DNA of 64,000 nucleotides from Octopus sinensis (taxonomy: Eukaryota), in contig NC_043005.1 of the NCBI RefSeq assembly GCF_006345805.1, positions 33,170,001 to 33,234,000 on the forward strand. Direction: 5' to 3'. The notes beneath the pieces were generated by a model that saw only the letters and a program-made list of their open reading frames with translations, was not told where the DNA came from and ran no database searches. Made by a program: the position numbers and the translations under genes. Below are positions 1 to 10,232 of this stretch, in pieces (positions within the stretch are counted from its first letter, which is position 1; each line of letters opens with the position of its first letter).

Positions 1-120
1 CAGCTAGTATTATATATTTGAGTTCATATGTGTATGTATGTGTTTGCGAAACACCAGCATTATTGTTATCCAAGAAAAAATTCCATCCTGCAGCTACGGA
101 TGTGTGAGTGTTTGTATACG

Positions 121-213
121 CGCGCGCGCGTGTATAAATATATATATATATATATATATGTGTGTGTATGTGTGTTGTGTGTGTGCGCCTGTGTGTGTAT
201 AAATATATATACT

Positions 214-281
<68 letters not shown>

Positions 282-296
282 CGTGCGTGTGTGCAT
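121..296. repeat. (CG)n/(TA)n/(TG)n microsatellite
   Basis: Dinucleotide runs seen directly. Confidence 0.95.
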
Positions 297-453
297 ACAT
301 GCATTTAGGAATGCTTGTTTCATTTTAACACAATTGTAAATCTGATGGTGTTTTCTCTAACCAGAAGCTTCGCAATAGTGTATCACATTCAGCGGCAATG
401 TTTTAACTGGCTTTCGCAACATTAAAACCATGAAAATCCTTCAAAATACAAAC

Positions 454-457
<4 letters not shown>

Positions 458-530
<73 letters not shown>

Positions 531-665
531 TCCCTCATTCTTTTTCTCTCTCTCTCTTATCCCTCATTCTCCCTTCCTCCCTCATTCACACTCTCGCTCT
601 CTTTCACACTCTTTTTCTCTCTCTCTCTCTCTCTCTCGCGCGCCGTCTCCCTCTCCCTCTCTGTC
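458..665. repeat. (TC)n microsatellite / polypyrimidine tract
   Basis: Dinucleotide runs seen directly. Confidence 0.95.
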
Positions 666-1337
666 TCTCTCTTATACCAACTAAACCTTGCTGTAAAGAC
701 ATTGATTCGCAACTCTGTTTGAAGGTCGCTTCAAGAAAATTTATTTCATCTGTTTTGCGAATTAACTTCTGTTGTCATTTGCTTTACTGTATGGCCGTCT
801 TCCCAATTCTTCAACCATCAACAGCTGGTGGCCTCGTAACCTCGCAGTGACTCTCACAGTTGTTCTGCTGTTAAGGAGAATTTTATAGACCTTAAGAATT
901 GAAAACAAAACAGCAATGGAAGAGGATGCAGAGAAAATGGTTTCCCCATATTACAAGCTGACGAGGCTAGAATTTCTTAGGTTAAGACTCAAAGGAAATA
1001 TACGAGAATAACATAACTTTCTGGATTCGTTGCTAGTTCTTTTTTTTAATTATATTCTGTTTTCTATTCGGGAGAATGCTCTCCTCGATCTCTTCTCTTT
1101 CCTTTTCTCATGTTTATATTTTTTTTATTTGCTTTCGCCTTTCGCAACTTCACACTCAAGCTCTCGTCTTGCTCTTTCTGTCAAACTCTGCTATCCAAAC
1201 TATTTGCATATTACTGATCTGTTTATTTATGCATCGGTATGCACAATAGTAGCTCCAGTTTTCTGTAGCTTCTGTAATTGTTGATATATAAACAGACTGG
1301 TAGCTCGTTTCTCTGAGATTTTTCAAAGTGACGTAGA

Positions 1338-1380
1338 CGCTTCTGATGAGAATCCAATATGATTCGAAAATCGATAAAGG
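1338..1380 (+). ncRNA. Minimal type I hammerhead ribozyme motif (one extra A before stem III)
   Basis: CTGATGA at 1343-1349, stem II GAATC/GATTC with a CAATAT loop, GAAA at 1366-1369, palindromic ATCGAT then A. Stem I is short (CTT/AAG). Confidence 0.6.
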
Positions 1381-1600
1381 TTACTCTTTTACTCTTTTAC
1401 TTGTTTCAGTCATTTGACTGCGGCCATGCTGGAGCACCGCCTTTAGTCGAGCAAATCGACCCCGGGACTTATTCTTTGTAAGCCCAGTACTTATTCTATC
1501 GGTCTGTTTGCCGACCGCTAAGTGACGGGGACGTAAACACACCAGCATCGGTTGTCAAGCAATACTAGGGGGACAACACAGACACACAAACATATACACA

Positions 1601-1669
<69 letters not shown>

Positions 1670-1830
1670 TACGATAGGCTTCTTTCAGTTTCCGTCTACC
1701 AAATCCACTCACAAGACATGGTCGGCCTGGGGCTATAGCAGAAGACACTTGCCCAAGATGCCATGCAGTGGACTGAACCGGAACCATGTGGTTGGTAAGC
1801 AAGCTACTTACCACACAGCCACTCCTGTTC
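1381..1830 (-). mobile_element. tRNA-derived SINE, family A (full length, internal TA array)
   Basis: Minus strand has a tRNA-like head GGAGTGGCTGTGTGGTAAG...GGTTCAGTCC, a body, the 3' tail GGCGGTGCTCCAGCATGGCCGCAGTCAAATGACTGAAAC and (GTAAAAGA)n. Related copies occur at 14.2, 15.3 and 38.0 kb. Confidence 0.85.
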
Positions 1831-2029
1831 ATATTTTTTTCAGACTACAGATAAATATTAAAATTATCCGTTTATATATCTATTATATAGGTTACATATG
1901 CATAAATCTACATGTGTGTGTGCGCGCGCGCATATCTAACAAACAAGAAAGCGAGTAATAAACACCCATTGGTGGATGAATAATTCTAATAAAATTAATA
2001 GCGTTCAAGTGGTACTTTTGAGTGGGCTG

Positions 2030-2262
2030 GTTATGCGACACTGGGGTAGATTACTGCTGTGAACTCACTTTATTTGCCGGGTCTTCTCAGTCACAGCATA
2101 CCTCCAGAGGTCTCAGTTTTTTGTCATTGCCTCTGTGAGGCCCAACGTTCGAAGGTCATGCTTCACAACCTCATTCCATGTCTTCCTGGGTCTCCCTCTC
2201 TCCCAGATTCCTTCCACTGTTTGGGAGTGGCACTTCTTCACACAGCTTCACAGCTCTACACA
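2030..2262 (-). mobile_element. RTE-clade LINE 3' fragment
   Basis: Minus strand translates as RGRPRKTWNEVVKHDLRTLGLTEAMT..DLWRYAVTEKTRQ, a typical RTE ORF C-terminus. Confidence 0.75.
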
Positions 2263-2264
2263 AC

Positions 2265-3930
2265 GAAATGGCAATTATCGATAGCATCAAAACAGAGGAA
2301 ACATGCGATGTCAGCCATAGATGAAATGAGCTCAAAGTCAGCAACAGGCTCTGATGGATTCCCAGCAATCCACCTAAAGAAATGCAAAGGGGCTCTAGCA
2401 AGACCACTTCAGATTCTCTTCCAGAGCTTCCTCACAACTGGGAGACTTCCCAAAAAGTTAAAGGAAAGCATAATAAGGGAGGTAGCAGCGCAGATGCTAG
2501 GAATTATAGACCTCTCTCTAGCTTTTCATGTCAGCAAAGACATGGGCGCATTGTCGGGAAGAAACTAATTGCGTTCCTTGAAGATAATGACTTGCTTCCT
2601 GACACCTAGCATGGCTTTCGCTCAGCAAGAAACTGCCTTACACAGATTTTGCAACACTTTGACTGGGTGTTGAAATAATTAATGAATCACTCAAGCATGG
2701 ATGTGATAAATCTCAACTTTGTAAAGGCCCCTGATAAGGTTGATCATGGGATGGTATGTCACAAACTACGGAGACTCGGCATAACTGGGAAAGTTGGAGA
2801 GTGGTTGCATGACTTCTTAAAAGACAGAATCCAGGTTGTAACAGCCAACGGAGCCCTTTCCACGTGACAGCAATAGAAAGTGGAATGCCCCAGGGAACTG
2901 TATTAGGACTGCTGATGTTACATAGGCAGTTACGCAGACAGTCACACTTACTAGTTATGCCAACGACACAAAAGTAGTACAATCAGTCGAGGAACCTTAT
3001 GATGCTAATCTTCTACAGAAAGACCTAGATGCCATACATAAATGGGCTGAGGACAACATGCAATTTAATACAGGCAAATTCCAAGCCCTCCGCTACCAGC
3101 TAACCTGTGCTCAGAAGTCAACAACGATACGCTGGACCAAAAGGAACGGCAATCCTAGAATTACATACGGTGCGTGATCTTGGGAATGATATGAGCAACG
3201 CTGCCTCGTTTCACATACATATCACCAAGATGGTGGCAGTGTGCAGGCGAATGTCCAGATGGATTCTGAGAACCTTCAGAACAAGAGACCAGGAAACTAT
3301 GCTGGTCCTATGAATGACGCTTTTCCTGAGCCGTCTGGACTAGTGCTCTCAACTCTGGCCAACTTACAGTATAGGATTAATAGCAGAACTTAAGGCGGTT
3401 CAGCGATGTAACACGAGGAAAATTGCATCAATGGAACAGCTGAACTACTGGGAGAGACTGAAAGAGCTACAACTCTACTCCCTGGAGCGAAGATGGGAGA
3501 AGTATGGAGTGATATATGTGTGGAAGATACTGGAGGGGCTGATACCTCATTTTAGAATTGAGAGTTATACCAGACCTTGAATTGAACGTCACTGCACTGT
3601 TCCAAAAGTTCCAGCTGTCTCATCTAAGGCGAGAACCATGTACTGCAATAGCTTGGGATTCAAGGGCCCGCAGCTATTCAGCGTCTTGCCAAAGCATCTG
3701 AGGGATCTCCATGGAATGGGGGTAGATGTTTTCAAGAAGCAACTTAACCTCTTACTATCCACGATCCCAGATGAACCAATATTAAGACAGGAAGGTAAAA
3801 AGAGGGTCGTGGTATTGAACTCCCGCCTTCACCAAAAGCCAATCACATAGAATTGGTCAATTAAAAGGTGTTTACATTGGCAGTGCCTCATCATGCCACA
3901 GCCTCAGAGATGAAACATATAAAAGAATAA
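2265..3930 (+). mobile_element. 5'-truncated decayed CR1-group LINE (RT and C-terminus)
   Basis: Fragments ATGSDGFPA, NYRPLS, DVINLNFVKAPDKVDH, YANDTK, RMSRWILRTF, ELQLYSLERR and YCNSLGFKGPQLF, with many stops and frameshifts. 3' hairpin-type tail at ~3890-3920. Confidence 0.9.
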
Positions 3931-3934
3931 AAGA

Positions 3935-4064
3935 ATATATACATATATAAACACACACACACACATATATATGCGTGTGTGTGTATATATATGCATACAT
4001 ATATTCACGTATATATATATATATATATGTATATATATGTATATATATTATATATATATATATA

Positions 4065-4101
<37 letters not shown>

Positions 4102-4156
4102 CATATATGTATATATATATGTGTGTGTATATATATTATATATATATATATATATA

Positions 4157-4203
<47 letters not shown>

Positions 4204-4440
4204 ATATATATATGTATATTATATATATATATATATATCTATATATATATATATATGTATATATGTATATATATGTATATGTATATATATATGTATATGT
4301 ATATATATGTATATATATATATATGTATATATTATATATGTATATGTGTATATATGTATATATATATATATGTATATGTATATATATGTATATATATATA
4401 TATGTATATGTATATATATGTCTATATATATGTATATATG

Positions 4441-4473
<33 letters not shown>

Positions 4474-4596
4474 CTATGTGTATATATATATATATATGTA
4501 TGTGTATATATATATGTAATATATATATGTATATAATATATGTATATATATATATGTATATATATGTATATATATATGTAATATATATGTATATAT

Positions 4597-4627
<31 letters not shown>

Positions 4628-4790
4628 GTATGTATATATATGTATATATATGTATATATATATATGTGTGTGTATATATATATATACATATATGTGTATA
4701 TATATATATGTATGTATGTATGTATATATATATGTATGTGTGTATATATATATATATATATATGCTCATACAAATATTTATACACGTGAA
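3935..4790. repeat. Degenerate (TA)n/(TATG)n microsatellite, ~850 bp
   Basis: Seen directly; source of the YI-rich pseudo-ORFs. Confidence 0.97.
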
Positions 4791-5756
4791 TTTAATTGCT
4801 TATTTGTTGCAATATTGTTTAACACCATCTCTTTAAAACTTCTTGTTTCGTATAATTTAAAGATCACCACTCCAGTCACATCGTAGAGAAAAAGGATGTG
4901 AGGGGGAAAAAGTCTAACTATAATAAAAGCAACAAACCATTACTGTTATCTGGATCAAGTTAAATGTTTAGTTTTTACGGTTGGAATTGTTTACGAAACA
5001 AAATTACTAAGTGATGACAAATCGTCACTGCTTGCCGACTTATTTTCATTTCATTCGAAACTCTATTGGTTAGTGTCTTAAAGTAGAAGCATGATTCTGC
5101 CTGTAAGTATTTTATTTGTAGGTGGAATCATACACTTTTAATATGGATCTGAACATCGTAGCCCCTTTTAATTTTTTTCTTTAAATCTGAATTCTTTAAC
5201 TTAAGTTGTAATGGAATAGCAGAAACTGTTGAAAGCTTTCTTCATAATTTAGTCAGAAATGGAGTGGATACCTCACGAGGAAAAGGTGGCGTACAAATAA
5301 ATAGTAACAATGGGCCGCAGATGGAGAAATTATTGCATCAGATAACTTCAAACTAGATATTCCACTAATGACACCATAGTACCAGGTAGTGGTATCTATC
5401 GGGTAAGGTTTAAATCTGCCATCTCAAATTAGGGTTGTTCTACGTCAGTCATCTGTGCTTTTCATCCGTTTGGAATACCAGATATGTTCTGAGGTTAATT
5501 CAGTTATTTAATCGACTATCTTCCTTCCTTTTAACTGTGTAGTTTCGTTACTAGCAAGTAAGATACCAATTTGGGCTGCATTGGTTTAACCATGGTAGAA
5601 TTTTGTCAGTGAGCGTCATTGTAGAAACGGTTCTTGTTTACCATTATGTCAGTTCATTCTCCCTTCAAAGCTTTTCACGTCATTTATGTCACTTAAGTTC
5701 TTTGAAAAGGTATGCATATCGTAATTTCCCATTTTCCAGATGGTAATTGTGAAAGA

Positions 5757-5820
5757 GTGTATGTATGTATGTATGTATGTATGTATGTATGTATGTATGT
5801 ATGTATGTATGTATGTATGT
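5757..5820. repeat. (ATGT)n microsatellite
   Basis: Seen directly. Confidence 0.95.
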
Positions 5821-6157
5821 ACGTACGCACAAAGATATGTGTGTGAGTGTCTGTACTGTAATAGGATTGCCAGCTTATGTTATTCTTGTATACTGAGATT
5901 TGTGATAACAATTTACTTTTTTACTGTCTTCGTTTATAAACGTCCCCTTGATAAATGATCTGGAAGCATTTTTAAATGGCTCTCAATATTCTCGTTGTAG
6001 ATACACTTTACAACAGCGTTGTATATATTCAAACATAATAAATACTTACATAGATATATATAAAAAAAACATACATAAATGCATACATATAAAACTCGAG
6101 GTAAACAATTGAAACCGGATTAAATTATAATAGCTATAATACTTAAATATATTTACA

Positions 6158-6412
6158 CTGTTGGCAGGTAACATGCTGCAGTTTTCGTCCGTGATAAAAT
6201 CTCTTATAGATGAGCGGAGAATAACGAAAACTCGCCCCAGTTGCGGCTAGCACATGTTGCTGCAAGTACGTCATTGATAAGACCCATCAAAGCCGAAATG
6301 CCTCTGACGATCACGCTAACCGAAGCCAGGATAATTATGTATTGTTTTCAACACAGCGTATCTATAAGAGATTTTATCTCGGGTGAAAACTGCGGCATCT
6401 TACTGTCAACAG
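6158..6412. mobile_element. Inverted-repeat (foldback) element enclosing a decayed hammerhead motif
   Basis: Arms 6158-6211 and 6360-6412 are reverse complements with a few mismatches. The spacer contains CGTCA-TTGATAA-GAC..GCC-GAAA-TGCC-TC-TGACG at 6269-6309. Confidence 0.7.
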
Positions 6413-6659
6413 CATATATATACACTACAGTATGATGCATAGATGGCTACACATGTGCGTGTGTGTGTGCGCGCGCGTTAGAATATATGTATGCATATAT
6501 ATAACTTATATATATATATATATATATATGCATATATATATATACATAAATACATATATATAAATAGATAGTTATATGTATATATATACAGATTATGCAT
6601 ATATATATATATGTAGAAGTTTGGTTGCGTTAATTATTGGTTGTTACAAAATGCTACAT

Positions 6660-7075
6660 TACATATATACAATCTTTGGTAACAAGGACATGTTAAGGAC
6701 ATGTTAAGGACATAAAAAAGTTTAACAAGTTCCTTAAAATATTGGGCACAAAAGATTACAGCATAAATAATCATTCTCAAGAACATGTTAAAGATAGTTT
6801 CCAGAAAGAATTATTAAAAAGTTCAGTGGGATATTGGTATTGTATATGTATATTCAAACACGCACAGAATATTGGTTGACACAGGGTACTACAATACATA
6901 TATATATACATTCTTTGGTGACAAGAGCATGTTAAGAACATAAAAAAGTTTAACAAGTTCATTGAAATATTGGGCACAAAAGATTACAACAAATATATTA
7001 TACATTCTCAAGATAATTTCCAGAAGGAATTATTAAAAAGTTCAGTGGAATATTGGTATACACGCACAGAATATT
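6660..7075. repeat. Imperfect tandem duplication (~200-240 bp unit)
   Basis: CTTTGGT(A/G)ACAAG...CATAAAAAAGTTTAACAAGTTC...ATATTGGGCACAAAAGATTACA...TTATTAAAAAGTTCAGTGG occurs twice, from ~6670 and ~6910. Confidence 0.85.
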
Positions 7076-7265
7076 ATGAGTTCAAAAAGGTTTACATTAT
7101 AATAGTAAGGAAGCTAAAACTGACCTGTCCACCATGTTAACGTAAAAGAATATTATCTATTTCAGTCTCCCTTGAAATAGATAATATTCTTTTACGCTAA
7201 CATGGTGGACAGGTCAGTTTTAGCTTCCTTACTATTATAATGTAAACCTTTTTGAACTCATAATA
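7068..7265. repeat. Near-perfect palindrome (~95 bp arms)
   Basis: TTATGAGTTCAAAAAGG...ATTTCA [GTCTCCCT loop] TGAAAT...CCTTTTTGAACTCATAA. Confidence 0.95.
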
Positions 7266-7371
7266 AATGGTTCAACATTGGTTCTATGTCAGCGTGTGTA
7301 TATAAGAATTTTTTGCGTGATAAGATAAAAAACCAAGGCTGTATAGATATTAGAGCATTTATAAATAGAAG

Positions 7372-7422
7372 GTCTTACAGCTGTTTCTAGGATATTAATT
7401 AATAATATCCCTCGTCGGAAAC
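7372..7422 (-). ncRNA. Mirror copy of the 7503-7554 hammerhead motif
   Basis: Minus strand reads CCGACGA GGGATATTATTAATTAATATCCTA GAAA CAGCTG TA AGAC; the 5' stem I strand is more mismatched. Confidence 0.5.
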
Positions 7423-7502
7423 AGTGTGAAAGGAAAAATTAAGTCATAGTTAGTATTTGTATCTCATCGAAACTAACTATAACTTAATTTTCCTCTCACA
7501 CC

Positions 7503-7554
7503 GTCTCCGATGAAGGGATATTATTAATTAATATCCTAGAAACAGCTGTAAGAC
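7503..7554 (+). ncRNA. Minimal type I hammerhead motif (U4C variant)
   Basis: Stem I GTCT/AGAC; CCGATGA at 7507-7513; 9-bp stem II GGGATATTA/TAATATCCT below an A.A opposition; GAAA at 7539-7542; palindromic CAGCTG; GTA triplet at 7548-7550. Confidence 0.6.
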
Positions 7555-7621
7555 CTTCTATTTATGAATGTTCCAATATCTATATAGCCTTCGTTTTTTA
7601 TCTTATTACGCAAAAAATTCT

Positions 7622-7671
<50 letters not shown>

Positions 7672-7825
7672 ATATATATGCATACATGCATGCTCACGCG
7701 CGCACACACACACACACGCACATGTGTAGCCATCTATGCATCATACTGTAATGTATATATACTGTTGACAGTAAGATGCCGCAGTTTTCACCCGAGATAG
7801 ATATAATGTATGTATATATAATTCT

Positions 7826-7884
<59 letters not shown>

Positions 7885-7885
7885 G

Positions 7886-8114
7886 CATATATGGGTACAG
7901 TACGTCACACATATGGTTGTAACTTTCTTCGAAGATTCATATTGTCGTTCAATGCTCGAAATGAGGAGTAGATAGACAGCCGACAACTGATGAAGTGTCG
8001 TTTTTTATGTTACTTGTCCTGTTTTCCATTTGTTTCTGTCATTGTGTGGGATTGTACTCATTTGTTTTCGTATTTCGTGTTGTTTACTGTTTGTGACATC
8101 CTGTACCCATATAT
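7886..8114. repeat. Element with ~22 bp terminal inverted repeats and decayed hammerhead-like cores
   Basis: Ends are TATATGGGTACAGTACGTCACA and TGTGACATCCTGTACCCATATA. Internally: CGAAGA..ATTG/CAAT GCTCGAAA, then CTGATGAAG. Shares the TATATGGGTACAGGA terminus and a GAGTAGAT..CTGAnGAAG block with 20295-20500. Confidence 0.5.
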
Positions 8115-8127
8115 GCATACACACACA

Positions 8128-8204
<77 letters not shown>

Positions 8205-8209
<5 letters not shown>

Positions 8210-8425
8210 AGACGAAAAATTATAAGGCAGAATGCTAAATTGAAAGTAAATTTTAATAAGAATGGGTGTATGGAAAAAATTTTTAAATAATAATTAAAAA
8301 AATAATTTTAAAAATATTATCATTATCATTATTATTTTTTATTATATTTTTAATTTTCCATACACCCATTCTTATTAAAATTTACTTTCAATTTAGCATT
8401 CTGCCTTATTATAATTATTCTCTCC
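8205..8425. repeat. AT-rich palindrome (~70 bp arms)
   Basis: ATAAGGCAGAATGCTAAATTGAAAGTAAATTTTAATAAGAATGGGTGTATGGAAAA is inverted at ~8354-8410. Confidence 0.9.
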
Positions 8426-8488
8426 TATCCTTTCTCCAGGTGCGGTCAACACAACCCCATCATTTATTGATATATATATATATATATA

Positions 8489-8525
<37 letters not shown>

Positions 8526-9004
8526 ATATATATATATATATATGCATATATATATATTATTTATATTATTATTTGAGTGAACGCCACGCATCCATTTCCA
8601 AGTAAGTTTTATATATACATATATTATATATATATATATATATATAGTGGATTAACCGTTGAAGTTAATCCACATATATAGTGGATTAACTGTTGAAGTG
8701 GACGGACGTCTATTTGTTTCTCTCCCAAGTCAGTAGCAAGCTACACAGCTTCAAAACTAACTGACCTTAAATATATATATATTTGTAACCACGTGTTTGC
8801 CTACAAACCCGTAAGTACGTTTTCATTTAACTACAAATTGTTATATACACCTGTTTTTCTTTTAATATCCTCAAACAACCAAATAATCAAAAACTCACAC
8901 CCTTAAGAGAGAACATTTATATATATATACACTTCTTTAACTCCCAAGAAAGAATATATATATTTTCAAAAATCAAAAGGAAAACAAACAAAAGAAAAAC
9001 AAAC

Positions 9005-10232
9005 ATGACTAACTTGCAGGCCTGCAACAGACGAAATTGGTCTGATAACGAAATTGATGTTTTATAAACACATGGTTCTCTCTTTCCCAAACAGAAAATC
9101 TAAATGTCTTGTGTTTGAATGAGATTGCCGAAAAAACATCACAAGTGGTCAACACACGATCCGTCAAACAGATTCGTAGCAAGTTGAAACATATCGAAGT
9201 ATCTTTCAAACTGATAAGAGGCCATTATGAAAAGCTTCTACATATTTTCACAGTTCAAGAACAACAACAGCTAGAAAATCAGCAGCCACAACAACAACAA
9301 CAACAGAATGAGCCACTCCTGGTTCCCAGCACAATGGCTGACCCTAACATCGGTCAAGCACAACAACAACAACAACAGCCACAGCAACAAGAACAACAAC
9401 AGCCACTCCTCAACTCTAGCTTACTAGATGATTCACTAAATGCCAGTATCTTTTCACCGCTCTCACAGCAACCACCACAATTATCATCATCATCATCACC
9501 ACCGCTGCCACCATCGTCTTCTATCACCAAAAATACCAACAGAAAACCAAATAAGAAACCACTGCCCTCTTCCCCCACATCACCACCTCAATACTACTGC
9601 AGTAACAAAAACTTAAAGAAACATAGGAAGCAGAATGCGCCCCCCACGGCACAAACAAGAAATCCCCAAATATGCCGCTATTCACTGCGCCAGAGACTCT
9701 GCACAAATAGTGACTGCATCTTCACGCATCTACCCGGCACTAGACGCACTACCGGCAAGGCCAAAGCACGCATCCCACAATAACATCAACACCACCAAAT
9801 AGTAAATCGAAATTCAAAACACACACAACTCGGAGTCCCAAAATCTGCCGGTATTCCCAACGTGAGAGAACATGTCTACTGAGTGACTGTCCCTTCACTC
9901 ATCTTCCAGGGACCCGACGCACAAACAGAAACGGGGCCTCAAGCCAACACACAAACCTGAATAACAATAAAAATAGAAACACACCATGCTGCAGTAATGC
10001 TGGTCCAGTCTTTTCAGGAAGACACAAAAACAACAACAACAAAAGTGGAAACTACAACCCTATCCAACAGTGCAACCACACCTCCAGCCAAAAACTGCTC
10101 CCTAAGCAGGAAAATTCTTTTTTAGCCATGTTGAACATGGCAAAAGAGATACACAAAAACATTCTAGCCATCACTCAACACCATCCTATGCTATTACCCC
10201 AGTGCACCAATTCCCCACATTGCTGCCACTAA
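9005..10232 (+). CDS. LINE ORF1 (reconstructed across two 1-nt homopolymer deletions): Myb/SANT-like domain, poly-Q, two CCCH zinc fingers
   Basis: ATG at 9005 gives MTNLQACNRRNWSDNEIDV; a shift in the T-run at ~9060 continues FINTW...NEIAEKTSQVVNTRSVKQIRSKLKHIE. Then CRYSLRQRLCTNSDCIFTH (9673-9729), a shift in the C-run at ~9774, CRYSQRERTCLLSDCPFTH (9846-9902) and TAA at 10230-10232. Confidence 0.75.

Larger units (their letters stand above)
7299..7627. mobile_element. Foldback element with mirror-image hammerhead motifs (Penelope-like-element related)
   Basis: Imperfect inverted arms of ~155 bp around a ~17 nt loop at ~7455-7472. Each arm carries a hammerhead-like core reading outward. 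Confidence 0.75.

Noticed and set aside
340-900. Minus-strand mariner-like peptides (FHGFNVAKAS; RPPAVD)
   Set aside because: The two pieces are in the wrong order for one transposase and there are no TIRs.
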